A DNA stretch of 62,686 bases from an uncultured Bacteroidaceae bacterium (GTDB taxonomy: Bacteria; Bacteroidota; Bacteroidia; Bacteroidales; GCA-2748055). The position numbers were made by a program, and so were the translations under genes. Below are positions 7,841 through 17,707 of this stretch, piece by piece. The DNA lies in assembly GCA_964426915.1 (NCBI GenBank), contig CAYRTD010000005.1, positions 1 to 62,686 on the forward strand. The letters are read 5' to 3'. Position 1 is the stretch's first letter; each line of letters starts with the position of its first letter. The notes under the pieces are model-generated. The model ran no database searches. It was given only the letters and a program-made list of their open reading frames with translations, and was not told the origin of the DNA.

Positions 7841-8662
7841 TTAATCTGCAATCGATGCCCGGATTTTCAGGAGATTCAGAAGGAGGGATTCCATCTTATC
7901 AAGACGGAGCATATTTTTACCATCAGATTTTGCTTCTCCAGGTTCTGGGTGTGTTTCTATGAATATCCCGTCAACTCCTACTGCAATTCCTGCTTTTGCT
8001 ATGGTTTCTATGAGTTCGGGTTTGCCTCCGGTTACACCGCTTGCCTGATTAGGCTCCTGAAGTGAATGGGTAATATCAAGAACAATGGGTTTTCCGAATT
8101 TTTTCATGATAGGAATACCTCTGAAGTCGACGATAAGATCGGTATAACCGAAGCTATTTCCCCGTTCGGTGATCATAACTTTCTCATTTCCTGAGTCTAC
8201 TACCTTGTCAATAGCATATTGCATTGCTTCAGGAGAAAGAAACTGTCCTTTTTTTATATTGATGAATCTGCCGGTTTTTGCAGCAGCTATAAGTAATTCG
8301 GTTTGTCTGCAAAGGAAGGCCGGGATCTGGAGAATATCAACATATTCTGCTGCCAAAGCTGCCTCCGCTTCTGTATGGATGTCGGTTACAACCGGGACAT
8401 GAAAATTTTCTCTTACTTTTTGTAAAAGCTTAAGTGCCTTTTCATCACCAATCCCAGTAAAGGAATCAATTCTTGAACGATTGGCTTTTCTGTATGAAGC
8501 TTTAAATACATAAGGTATTTTCAGTTTGTCGCTTAACTTTTTCATATGTTCCGCAACCTGCATCAGGTTTTTTTCACTTTCTGCAACACAAGGACCGGCA
8601 AGAAGGAAAAAATTTCCACTACCGGTATGCTCAATGTTCTTTATTTGCTTTAAAATCTCCAT
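7841..8662 (-). CDS. kdsA: 3-deoxy-8-phosphooctulonate synthase
   Basis: 273 aa. 'FFLLAGPCVAES', 'FKASYRKANRS', 'VLDITHSLQ' and 'GIFIETHPEP' are canonical KDO8P synthase blocks. Confidence 0.92.
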   Translation of the reverse strand: MEILKQIKNIEHTGSGNFFLLAGPCVAESEKNLMQVAEHMKKLSDKLKIPYVFKASYRKANRSRIDSFTGIGDEKALKLLQKVRENFHVPVVTDIHTEAEAALAAEYVDILQIPAFLCRQTELLIAAAKTGRFINIKKGQFLSPEAMQYAIDKVVDSGNEKVMITERGNSFGYTDLIVDFRGIPIMKKFGKPIVLDITHSLQEPNQASGVTGGKPELIETIAKAGIAVGVDGIFIETHPEPGEAKSDGKNMLRLDKMESLLLNLLKIRASIAD

Positions 8663-8665
8663 GAT

Positions 8666-9952
8666 TTATTTATAACGTTTTTTCCAAAGTTTTTTCAGTC
8701 TTTCTCTGATTTCTGTTTCCCTTGTATTTTTGCCCGGCACATAAAAATACCTGTCTCCTAGTTCTTCAGGAAAAAAATTGTCTTCAACAAAATTTCCTTC
8801 ATAACTGTGTGCATATTTGTATTTTCCCCCGTAACCAAGATCTTTCATCAGCTTGGTCGGAGCATTGCGTATATGAAGGGGGACCGGCAGATTACCGGTT
8901 TTGGCAACCGTATCCTGTGCTTTATTTATTGCTTCGTATGCCGAATTGCTCTTAGGTGAAGAAGCAAGGTAAATGGTGGCTTCAGATAAAATTATCCTTG
9001 ATTCCGGCCACCCGACATTATGAACCGCCTGGAAGCAGTTATTAGCTATTAAAAGAGCATTGGGATTTGCCAGGCCAATATCTTCGGCCGCCAGTATAAT
9101 AAGCCTTCTGGCTATAAAGCGGGCTTCCTCACCACCTTCGATCATTCTTGCGAGCCAGTAGACTGCCGCATCCGGATCGCTTCCTCTTACAGACTTGATA
9201 AAAGCTGAGATAATATCATAATGCATTTCTCCATTTTTATCGTAGATCGCAAGGTTTTCCTGTATAATGGATTTTACATTTTCATTGTCTATTACGATCT
9301 TGTCCGGATTCTCACCCAGTTCAGTATTTATAACAAGTTCAAGAGCATTCATAAGTTTTCTTGCGTCACCTCCGGAGAACTGAAAGAGAGCTTCCTTTTC
9401 TGTAATTTCGATATTCAGATCTTTCAGATAGGAATCCTTACTCAGGGCTTTTTGCAAAAGAAAATCAAGTTGTTCCTTTCCGAGAGGTTCAAGTGTATAC
9501 ACCTGACATCGTGATAAAAGTGGTGAGATCACTTCAAAGGAAGGATTTTCAGTTGTGGCTCCAATAAGTGTAATAATTCCCTGTTCTACAGCTCCCAAAA
9601 GTGAATCCTGCTGGGATTTACTGAACCTGTGGATCTCATCGATGAATAAAACAGGAGAAGGATGGTTGAAAAATTTTTGTTTTCTGGCTTTTTCAATCGT
9701 CTCTCTCACATCTTTAACTCCAGAATTTACTGCGCTGAGACTGTAAAAAGGCCGGTTAAGACTATTGGCAAGTATTCTGGCAAGAGTGGTTTTTCCCACA
9801 CCGGGAGGTCCCCATAATATGAAAGAACTGACATTTCCGCTCTCGATCATTCGCCTGATAATCCCCTCTTTCCCTACTAATTTCTCCTGCCCGGCGTAAC
9901 CATCCAGTTCTGCAGGCCTCATTCTGTCTGCCAGTGGTTGATTTGTAACCAT
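8666..9952 (-). CDS. rarA: Replication-associated recombination protein A (AAA+ ATPase)
   Basis: 428 aa. Walker A 'GPPGVGKTTLARI', Walker B 'LFIDEIHRF', 'GATTENPSFEV', plus the MgsA C-terminal block 'HYDIISAFIKSVRGSDPDAAVYWLARM'. Lies 3 nt upstream of kdsA. Confidence 0.92.
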   Translation of the reverse strand: MVTNQPLADRMRPAELDGYAGQEKLVGKEGIIRRMIESGNVSSFILWGPPGVGKTTLARILANSLNRPFYSLSAVNSGVKDVRETIEKARKQKFFNHPSPVLFIDEIHRFSKSQQDSLLGAVEQGIITLIGATTENPSFEVISPLLSRCQVYTLEPLGKEQLDFLLQKALSKDSYLKDLNIEITEKEALFQFSGGDARKLMNALELVINTELGENPDKIVIDNENVKSIIQENLAIYDKNGEMHYDIISAFIKSVRGSDPDAAVYWLARMIEGGEEARFIARRLIILAAEDIGLANPNALLIANNCFQAVHNVGWPESRIILSEATIYLASSPKSNSAYEAINKAQDTVAKTGNLPVPLHIRNAPTKLMKDLGYGGKYKYAHSYEGNFVEDNFFPEELGDRYFYVPGKNTRETEIRERLKKLWKKRYK

Positions 9953-10159
9953 TCTTGTGTTTTTAGGGTATAAAGATATAGAAAAAATAGGAGGATGATG
10001 GAAGAAGGCCGGAGAAGGTGAAGAATTGGAATTTTGTATTAACCTGGTTCACTCAAACGGCAAGTTTGTGCAGATGCCGGTTGGGAACCCGAAGATACAG
10101 TCTCTAATATTATATTGATAATAAATACACAGAACAATTTAACCAATAAAAACATAGTT

Positions 10160-11269
10160 ATGAAAATTTACAGAAGACTGCTGATTGGGCTTTTTTTGAA
10201 TGCTCTTGCCTTTGGTTCTTTGCACGCTCAGTTAAAAGAAATTGATTTTATAAAAGGTGGTGTGGATGATGCACAAATTCTGTTTAAAGAATACCTTACT
10301 CCTTATGCAAATGCATTTGGTGCCAACCTCAACGGTGGCTGGTATAATACAGCAAAGCCTCATAAACTAGGGGGTTTTGATGTTACGGTCACAGTGAATA
10401 CCGCCTGGGCTCCTCCCTCTCATAAAACAATGGATCTGGCACAACTGGGCCTTTCTGCAGAGATAAGCGGTGAAAGCAGTATCGCTCCAACAATTGCCGG
10501 AAAAAGATCCGGTGAGCGTCCAACACTTACCTATTCAACCCAAAATCCTGCCAATGGCAACGATATCACCCTGGCACAATATGAATCACCCAATGGTACA
10601 GGGGTTAATATGATACCTCTGCCAATGGTTCAGGCCTCTATTGGTTTACCGTTTGGCACTGACATTACAGGCCGCTATTTACCGAGCCTGGATCTAGGGA
10701 AATCGGGGAATATTGGATTATGGGGAGTTGGGTTAAAACACAGCATTCTCCAGCATATCCCGGTTATGAAAAGAATACCCGTTATTGATGCAAGTCTGCA
10801 GGGTGGCTACACAAAACTGAATTCATACGCGAATGTAACCTTTACACCCGATGCTTATAGTTTTGCTGAAAACCTGGTCACCGATGTACTGATCTTCAAG
10901 GGCCAAAAAGTAAATCTGGATGTAGAGGCATACACAGTCAATCTCGTGACTTCACAAACTCTTCCGGTAATTACATTTTATCAGGGAATTGGATATAGTA
11001 CAACCAAAACCAGGCTGGCCCTGGAGGGAGTTTATCCTAAACCATTCCCTGATCCGGATGAGAATAGCGATTACTATGGACAATTGGTAATAAAAGATGG
11101 GGAAAAATATAGAGAAGAAGATCCCATCGATGCTGAAGTTGAAAATACAAAGGATCTGCGTCTGAATGCAGGTTTTCGGATTAAATTAGGCGTCCTCACC
11201 ATCCATTTCGATTATACAAAAGCAAATTACAGCCTGGTTACAGGCGGTATTGGTATAAGTTTCAGATAG
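10160..11269 (+). CDS. Putative outer-membrane beta-barrel protein
   Basis: Taken from the ATG at 10160 ('MKIYRRLLIGLFLNALAFGSLHAQ', a signal peptide) rather than the TTG at 10115. Shows an alternating beta-strand pattern and an aromatic-rich C-terminus. No family recognised. Confidence 0.5.
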   Translation: MKIYRRLLIGLFLNALAFGSLHAQLKEIDFIKGGVDDAQILFKEYLTPYANAFGANLNGGWYNTAKPHKLGGFDVTVTVNTAWAPPSHKTMDLAQLGLSAEISGESSIAPTIAGKRSGERPTLTYSTQNPANGNDITLAQYESPNGTGVNMIPLPMVQASIGLPFGTDITGRYLPSLDLGKSGNIGLWGVGLKHSILQHIPVMKRIPVIDASLQGGYTKLNSYANVTFTPDAYSFAENLVTDVLIFKGQKVNLDVEAYTVNLVTSQTLPVITFYQGIGYSTTKTRLALEGVYPKPFPDPDENSDYYGQLVIKDGEKYREEDPIDAEVENTKDLRLNAGFRIKLGVLTIHFDYTKANYSLVTGGIGISFR

Positions 11270-11286
11270 GATTTTTCTGTTCATAT

Positions 11287-11361
11287 ATTCTTTAACGATA
11301 GCGGTTCTTCTATTCTCTAACGATAGCGGTCCTTCTATTCTCTAACGATAGCGGTCCTTCA
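11287..11361. repeat. 25-bp tandem repeat x3 (attctctaacgatagcggtccttct)
   Basis: Units lie at 11287-11311, 11312-11336 and 11337-11361. The last unit forms the 5' arm of the terminator. Confidence 0.9.
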
Positions 11362-11397
11362 CGTTTTCCCCCGTATGCGTGAAGGGCCGTTTTTTTT
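11352..11397 (+). terminator. Rho-independent terminator of the barrel-protein gene
   Basis: 12-bp stem cggtccttcacg (11352-11363) / cgtgaagggccg (11378-11389) with one G-U pair, followed by a T8 run at 11390-11397. Confidence 0.8.
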
Positions 11398-11419
11398 GAG
11401 CCTCATTTAATTCTGAGGG

Positions 11420-11910
11420 AGTTATTAACAGGAAATCTTATAATGAAACGTCATTCTGGAATTGTTGATAAGTGGTTAATTGAATGGCAGTCAATGGCAT
11501 AAGACCTTCGAGGTCTTATAAAATACAAAATCCCACTGCAATCTCATTGCACTATCAAAAAAATTACCTGTTAATAAAAACTCTAATTTTTTTTTAACAA
11601 TTCGTTTCTTACTGAGAACGTCAGATGTTTTTTGTTGATAAAGTGCTAAAATTTACATTAGTAGCATCTTAAGACCTTCGAGGTCTTATAAGATACAACA
11701 CCCCACTGCAACCTGATTGCATTATCAAAAAAAAATCTGTTAATAAAAATCCTAAATTTTTTTCAACAAATCATTTCTTACTGAGAACGTCAGATATTTT
11801 TTGTTGATAAAGTGCTAAAATGCACATCAGTAGCATCTTAAGACCTTCGAGGTCTTATAAGATACGACACCCAACCGCAACCTCATTGCAGTCAAATAAA
11901 AATAATCCTG
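11420..11910. repeat. ~170-bp tandem repeat, about 2.7 units, each with an 8-bp inverted repeat
   Basis: taagacct-tcg-aggtctta occurs at 11500-11518, 11670-11688 and 11839-11857 (periods 170 and 169). The flanking blocks 'aacgtcagatgttttttgttgataaagtgctaaaat', 'ccactgcaacctgattgca' and 'ctgttaataaaaa' are repeated with scattered substitutions. Confidence 0.85.
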
Positions 11911-11969
11911 CTATTGAACATTTTTCGCTTATCTTAACTTATAACTTAAACCCTGAAAATTTTAACACC

Positions 11970-12389
11970 ATGAGCGAAAATAAAACCAAACCCACAAGGG
12001 TAAATGTAAATGATTTCCTAAATCAGATTGAAAATCCTGTGCAAAAGCAAGATATGCTGAAGATCATTAATATGATGAAAAAAATTACCGGGGAAGAACC
12101 TGAACTCTGGGGCGATTCAATAATCGGATTTGGAAAATATCGTTACAAATATGCCAGTGGGAGGGAGGGAGACTGGTTTCTTACCGGTGTGTCGCCCAGA
12201 AAGAATAATACAACCCTATACCTGAACTATGGGTTTGAGAATAATGCCGATCTGATGGATAAACTCGGAAAATACAAGACAGGTAAGGCCTGCCTTTATA
12301 TTAAAAAGCTGGATGATATAGATGAAGCTGCCCTGAAAGAACTCATCTCACGAAGCGCGGAAGAGGTCAAAAAGAGATCGCATGTTTAG
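11970..12389 (+). CDS. DUF1801 (YdhG-like) domain protein
   Basis: The start is set at M51 (ATG 11970, 'MSENKTKPT') because the first 50 codons of ORF 11820 lie inside the tandem repeat. 'VNDFLNQI', 'WGDSIIGFGKYRYKYASGREGDW' and 'ACLYIKKLDDID' resemble the DUF1801 family. Confidence 0.65.
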   Translation: MSENKTKPTRVNVNDFLNQIENPVQKQDMLKIINMMKKITGEEPELWGDSIIGFGKYRYKYASGREGDWFLTGVSPRKNNTTLYLNYGFENNADLMDKLGKYKTGKACLYIKKLDDIDEAALKELISRSAEEVKKRSHV

Positions 12390-12394
12390 TTTTT

Positions 12395-13996
12395 TTAAAA
12401 CCCGCTGAGTTCCAGGTAAACAGTTGGAACAAGCAACAAGAATCCCAATAGGATAAGCACAACCATAAAGGGGGCAATCCATTTTACCCATTTATCATAA
12501 GGGATCTTTGCCACACCAAGAACACCGATAAGCACACCTGATGTTGGGGTTATCATATTGGTAAAGCCATCTCCAAATTGAAAAGCCATAACGGTTGCCT
12601 GGCGTGAGACCCCGATAAGGTCGGAAAATTGCGACATCATTGGCATGGTAAGGGCTGCTTTTGCCGATCCCGATGGAATGATAACATTGATTATGGTCTG
12701 AAAAATATACATCATACCCACCGAGGCCAGGCGCCCAAAATCGCTCATGGATTGCGAAATATAATAAAGAAGGGTGTCGATTATATTTCCATTTTCGAGG
12801 ACAAAAAGTATGCCTCCGGCAAGACCAACGATCAGGGCTGCCGACATAATGTCCTTTACACCTGTTAAAAATAGTTCGGTAATCTCATTTGCTGTTTTAC
12901 TCATGGCAATGCCCGCGAAAAGACCCATTGCCAAAAATAATGTTGCTATTTCCATTACATACCATCCATAACCCATTACCCCTGTAATAAGGTAAAGAAT
13001 TGTGAAGCCAAGAAGATGCAGTACGAAAAAATGAAGTGATTTCCGTGCTGCGAAAAATCCGGAGATAGCAAACAGGATTCCGGTAACAGGCAGCATTGGC
13101 GCATCAAAACTGTTATTGCCAATTGTCATTGTGGTAATTGGATTAATTATTCCAATAAGAACAAGAATTACAGAGAGTAATATATATGCCAGCCATGTAC
13201 CTTTGGGAGTATAATATTCTATGTCTTCTGTATCTCCCTGGTCCCTTTTTCGCCAGTACTCGTCAATTTTATATACCGGTGATTTTTCAGGATGCTTTTT
13301 TATTTTATTCGCATACCTCAGCACCCAGGCAATCCCTACGAAATTTATCACCACCCAGCAAAAAAGCCGATATTCAATTCCGGAAAAAAGAGGAAGACTG
13401 GACAAACCCTGTGCAATCCCAATGGTGAAAGGGTTGAGCAATGCGCCGGCAAATCCAAGGCCTGCAGCAACAAAACACATGGACACTCCAACAATGGAAT
13501 CGTACCCCATGGAAATAGCCAGGGGTACAAAAATTATAATAAAAGCAATGGTTTCTTCACTCATGCCGAAAGTGGCACCGAAAATACTGAAAATAAGCAT
13601 TATCAGTGTTATAATGAGGTTGTTTACGCCCAGGGCTCTTATAAATTTGAATTTTTCCAGCCTCCTGGAATACTTTAAAAAAGAGAATATACCAACATCA
13701 ATAGCCCGGCTCTCGTTGATGATCCAGAAGGCTCCGCCAATTATAAGGATAAATACAATAATATCAGCCTTATCAACAAAGCCTTCAAACAACGCAGAAA
13801 AAATCTGCCAGGTTTGTGGTTCACTCTCTGTATACGTGAATGAATCTTGTATTATAACTTCCCTTTCAGTGTCATTAACAATTTTCGTCTCCCTTTCATA
13901 CTCTCCTCCGGGGAAAATCCATGTCAGTATTGCAGCAATTACGATGATTGAAAAAACGATCACATAGGTGTGGGGAATTTTCCTTCCTTTCAGCAT
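12395..13996 (-). CDS. YfcC-family (DcuC-like) polytopic transporter
   Basis: The start is set at M67 (ATG 13994-13996, 'MLKGRKIPHTYVIVFSIIVIAAILTWIFPGGEYER'), the typical YfcC N-terminus. More than 10 TM helices. The upstream extension would overlap relA. Confidence 0.75.
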   Translation of the reverse strand: MLKGRKIPHTYVIVFSIIVIAAILTWIFPGGEYERETKIVNDTEREVIIQDSFTYTESEPQTWQIFSALFEGFVDKADIIVFILIIGGAFWIINESRAIDVGIFSFLKYSRRLEKFKFIRALGVNNLIITLIMLIFSIFGATFGMSEETIAFIIIFVPLAISMGYDSIVGVSMCFVAAGLGFAGALLNPFTIGIAQGLSSLPLFSGIEYRLFCWVVINFVGIAWVLRYANKIKKHPEKSPVYKIDEYWRKRDQGDTEDIEYYTPKGTWLAYILLSVILVLIGIINPITTMTIGNNSFDAPMLPVTGILFAISGFFAARKSLHFFVLHLLGFTILYLITGVMGYGWYVMEIATLFLAMGLFAGIAMSKTANEITELFLTGVKDIMSAALIVGLAGGILFVLENGNIIDTLLYYISQSMSDFGRLASVGMMYIFQTIINVIIPSGSAKAALTMPMMSQFSDLIGVSRQATVMAFQFGDGFTNMITPTSGVLIGVLGVAKIPYDKWVKWIAPFMVVLILLGFLLLVPTVYLELSGF

Positions 13997-14145
13997 AAAC
14001 AGGGAATTTTGAGTTTCAGATTTGCAGGATTGTATTAATTTTGGATTAAAGAAAGAAATAATTTTTCTGATCTTTTTACAGAAAAGGTATTTTTTATGAC
14101 ATTTTATGTAGATTAAGGGTGAAATAAACTTAAGCGGTAAGGAGT

Positions 14146-16356
14146 ATGGACCAGATGGAAAGCGAACGGCTAATAAGATCGGATTACAGAGCACTTCTGA
14201 AGGAATGCAGGAGTTTATCGGGGGAAGAAGGACTGGATAAGGTGAAGTCAGCCTTCAAAACGATTAATCGCCTTTGCCAGGAGATGCCCCACAGATGGGG
14301 GGTGCCGGTTTCATTACATGCTCTCAGAGTTGCAAGGATTATTTCCGAAGAGATGGGTCTGGGCACTACTTCAGTAACCGCATGTCTTTTCAGTGATTTT
14401 TATTCAGCAGGGAAAATAGACCGGAAATTCCTGGAGGAACATTACGGACAAAAAATTACTGATATTACAGAAGGAATTCATAATATTTCTGAAATACCTT
14501 CGGGAAATACCCTCCATCATGCAGATAACTTCAGGGAACTAATTCTTACAATGGGTAAGGATGTGAGAGTAGTACTGGTGAAAATCGCCGAACGTCTTAA
14601 TGTAATGCGCAATCTACACGAATTGCCCGATAAAGAAAGAAAGGATTATTCGGTTGAGACGAGATTCATTTATTCACCTCTTGCCCACCGTCTGGGCTTG
14701 TATAATATTATGTCTGAAATGGAGGATGTCAGCATGAAATATCTTGAACCCAAAGAATATTTTTCCATTGAAAATAAACTCAGGGCAACAAGAATTAAAA
14801 GGAATCGCTTTATTAAAGAATTTATAGGTCCTGTGGAAGAAAGCCTGAAGAATAATAAACTCAGGGCAGAGATCAAAGGAAGGCCAAAAGCCATTTCCTC
14901 GATCTGGAGGAAAATGAAAAAGCAGAATGTTGAATTTGAAGAAGTCTATGATAAGTTTGCCGTCAGAATTATCCTCGATTCCCCTCCCTCCAAAGAAAAG
15001 TCCGATTGCTGGAGGGCATATTCACTGGTCACGGATATATACAAACCCAATCCCGATCGACTCAGAGACTGGATATCCGTTCCCAAATCAAATGGGTACG
15101 AGTCCTTACATACAACAGTAGTTATTCCGGGAGGCGAATGGGTTGAAGTGCAGATACGAACACGCAGAATGGATGAAATTGCTGAAAGGGGGCTTGCCGC
15201 CCACTGGAAATACAAGGGTATCAAAGGACAAGCCGGGGTTGATGAATGGCTGGCGAAGATCAGGGATTTACTGGATAATTCCGAAACCGACGCACTGAAT
15301 CTCATTGATGATCTTCGTTTGCGCCTCGATAATAAGGAAATATTTGTTTTTACACCAAAGGGAGATCTGAAAAAATTTCCTGAAGGTTCCACCATCCTGG
15401 ATTTCGCCTTTGATATTCATTCCGATGTAGGATCCACCTGTGTGGGGGCAAAGGTGAACGGTAGAAATGTTCCTATCCGATATAAAATGAGGAACGGTGA
15501 TAAAATTGAAATAATCCGTTCCAAAAATCAAAAGACAAATGTAAACTGGCTCAATTTTGTTGTTACTTCCAAAGCCCGGTCGAAGATAAAACAGGCTCTT
15601 AAAGAAGAGAAGCTGAAAGAAGCCGAGGATGGGAAGGAAACATTGAAGCGGAGGTTTAAGAACTGGAAGCTGGAATACAATGACCCCAATATCAGAAAAC
15701 TTATAAAACATTATAAATATAAGGATGCAATAGAACTGTATTTTGACATTGCACGTGAAAAACTTGATCTGTTGGAAATAAAAAATATCCTCACACGTGA
15801 AGAGCATCCCGGGGGGCACCGGCCAATTCCGGTGGCTGAAGAAGACCTTGATAAACTCCTTAAAAATACCATAGCAGAAAGCAGTGATTACCTTATTATT
15901 GATCAGAAACTTTCCGATGTGGATTATAAACTGGCAAATTGCTGCAACCCTATTTTCGGAGATGAGATTTTCGGATTTGTTACCATTAGTTCAGGTATTA
16001 AAATTCACCGGCTAAATTGTCCGAATGCGCGTCAGCTTATGACAAAATATGGTTACCGGGTAGTAAAAGCACAATGGAAGGAAAGCGAAAAAGAGCATCA
16101 GTTTCTCGCCAGTCTAAGGATAACAGGAACCGACGATATTGGGATTGTCAGCAATATTTCGGAAGTAATCAGCAAAGACCTGAAAGTGAATATGAGATCT
16201 TTTCAGATGAATTCAGTTGACGGTCTTTTTGAAGGTACTGTCAGTGTTTTTGTTAAAGATACCGATCATCTGAATGTTCTTCGAGGGAAACTCCTGAAGG
16301 TCAAGGGAATAATCTCTGTAAAACGAATAAATATTGGCAGGAATTCTGCAAATTGA
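14146..16356 (+). CDS. relA: RelA/SpoT homolog, (p)ppGpp synthetase with degenerate hydrolase motif
   Basis: 736 aa. Synthetase blocks 'GRPKAISSIWRKM', 'DKFAVRIIL', 'NGYESLHTTV' and 'VEVQIRTRRMDEIAERGLAAHWKYK'. TGS block 'IFVFTPKGDLKKFPEGST', plus a C-terminal ACT-like region. The HDxxED position reads 'SDFYSA'. Confidence 0.9.
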   Translation: MDQMESERLIRSDYRALLKECRSLSGEEGLDKVKSAFKTINRLCQEMPHRWGVPVSLHALRVARIISEEMGLGTTSVTACLFSDFYSAGKIDRKFLEEHYGQKITDITEGIHNISEIPSGNTLHHADNFRELILTMGKDVRVVLVKIAERLNVMRNLHELPDKERKDYSVETRFIYSPLAHRLGLYNIMSEMEDVSMKYLEPKEYFSIENKLRATRIKRNRFIKEFIGPVEESLKNNKLRAEIKGRPKAISSIWRKMKKQNVEFEEVYDKFAVRIILDSPPSKEKSDCWRAYSLVTDIYKPNPDRLRDWISVPKSNGYESLHTTVVIPGGEWVEVQIRTRRMDEIAERGLAAHWKYKGIKGQAGVDEWLAKIRDLLDNSETDALNLIDDLRLRLDNKEIFVFTPKGDLKKFPEGSTILDFAFDIHSDVGSTCVGAKVNGRNVPIRYKMRNGDKIEIIRSKNQKTNVNWLNFVVTSKARSKIKQALKEEKLKEAEDGKETLKRRFKNWKLEYNDPNIRKLIKHYKYKDAIELYFDIAREKLDLLEIKNILTREEHPGGHRPIPVAEEDLDKLLKNTIAESSDYLIIDQKLSDVDYKLANCCNPIFGDEIFGFVTISSGIKIHRLNCPNARQLMTKYGYRVVKAQWKESEKEHQFLASLRITGTDDIGIVSNISEVISKDLKVNMRSFQMNSVDGLFEGTVSVFVKDTDHLNVLRGKLLKVKGIISVKRINIGRNSAN

Positions 16357-16462
16357 TACATATATACCCACACTTAGAGATTCTTTTCAGTGCGGAAATC
16401 TGAATAAGTACATACATTTATATTTCAAATTTTCTGACTGATCTGTTAAACGGAACTTACTT

Positions 16463-17647
16463 ATGCACTTCCTGGTAAAATTATTATGCTTTTTAATATT
16501 TCTGACTTCATGTTCTGATGGAAGATTTAATGCTGCCAGGGAAATAGAATATTGTATAAAAAAGGCGGAATCTACCCTGGAAACAACGAATGGCTCACAT
16601 CTGATGCCACGAAACATCAACAATGACGATACTGTCTGGAATCTTTCAAGGGTTTCGAACTGGACATCCGGCTTTTGGCCTGGTATTTTGTGGTATATAT
16701 ACGATTACACAGGAGAACAGGAATGGCTGGATGCTGCACGAAAAACTACCGCCCATCTGGAAAATAATAAAATGCTATGGTATAAAACTCATGATCTGGG
16801 TTTTATGATGTACAACAGTTTTGGTCATGGTTATAGGCTGACAAATAACCCGGAATACAAGGAAATATTACTTGAATCGGCCGATTCACTGGCTGTTCTT
16901 TTCAACGAAAGAGCCGGTACTTTTCTATCCTGGCCCTGGATGGTAGAAAGAAAAGGATGGCAGCACAATACCATTATTAATAATATGATGAATCTGAATC
17001 TTTTATTCTGGGCAGGAAAAAATGGTCGTCCCGAATATTACGATCTTGCCGTGGAACATGCAGTGAATACTGCCAGGCACTTTATAAGAAGTGATTTTTC
17101 CACCTGGCAGGTAGTGGTTTTCGATTCAACTACAGGTATGCCTGTTCAGAAAATGACCTTTAAGGGACTTTCCGATAACTCCACCTGGGCCCGTGGACAG
17201 GCATGGGCAGTGTACGGATATGTTATGAGCTATGGAGAAACAAAAGACAGTCTCTTTCTCGATATTGCCTGCGGTCTGGCTGATTATTTTATCGAGAGCC
17301 TTCCTAAGGATAATATACCCTACTGGGATTTTAATGTTACTGAAAAGGCGCAAATGATAAAAGATGCCTCGGCAGCTGCAATTACCGCTTCGGCCCTTAT
17401 GAATTTGTGTATGATTGTTCCTGACAGTGACCAACGGAATAGTTATTTTAATGCCGGTAAGGATATCCTGAAAAGTCTTTCTTCCTCTCAGTATAAATCG
17501 AAGGATAAAAACCAGGCATTTTTGAGTCATTCGGTGGGTAGTTTTCCCTGGGATTCTGAAGTTGATGCATCTATTATCTATACTGACTATTATTATCTGG
17601 AAGCTCTTATCAGATATCACAAGCTTGTAAATAATAATACTTTTTGA
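16463..17647 (+). CDS. Glycoside hydrolase family 88 (unsaturated glucuronyl hydrolase-like), lipoprotein
   Basis: 394 aa. Lipobox 'FLTSCS'. GH88 blocks 'WTSGFWPGILWY', 'HDLGFMMYNSFG', 'WARGQAWAVYGY' and 'IPYWDF'. Confidence 0.85.
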   Translation: MHFLVKLLCFLIFLTSCSDGRFNAAREIEYCIKKAESTLETTNGSHLMPRNINNDDTVWNLSRVSNWTSGFWPGILWYIYDYTGEQEWLDAARKTTAHLENNKMLWYKTHDLGFMMYNSFGHGYRLTNNPEYKEILLESADSLAVLFNERAGTFLSWPWMVERKGWQHNTIINNMMNLNLLFWAGKNGRPEYYDLAVEHAVNTARHFIRSDFSTWQVVVFDSTTGMPVQKMTFKGLSDNSTWARGQAWAVYGYVMSYGETKDSLFLDIACGLADYFIESLPKDNIPYWDFNVTEKAQMIKDASAAAITASALMNLCMIVPDSDQRNSYFNAGKDILKSLSSSQYKSKDKNQAFLSHSVGSFPWDSEVDASIIYTDYYYLEALIRYHKLVNNNTF

Positions 17648-17707
17648 AAAACCTTCCTTATGTGTTTCCCGGAACTTAAGCTTAAACAACACTAAAATGA
17701 CACCAAT

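Noticed and set aside
13186-13967. Long antisense ORFs inside the YfcC transporter gene, for example 13221..13967(+) at 248 aa. Similar shadow ORFs occur opposite relA (14946..15395, 15268..15819), GH88 (17126..17692), the acyltransferase (5896..6333) and mlaD (55802..56371).
   Set aside because: Each overlaps a gene with strong family motifs on the other strand. Their translations are low-complexity with no motifs, which is typical of shadow ORFs in AT-rich genomes.
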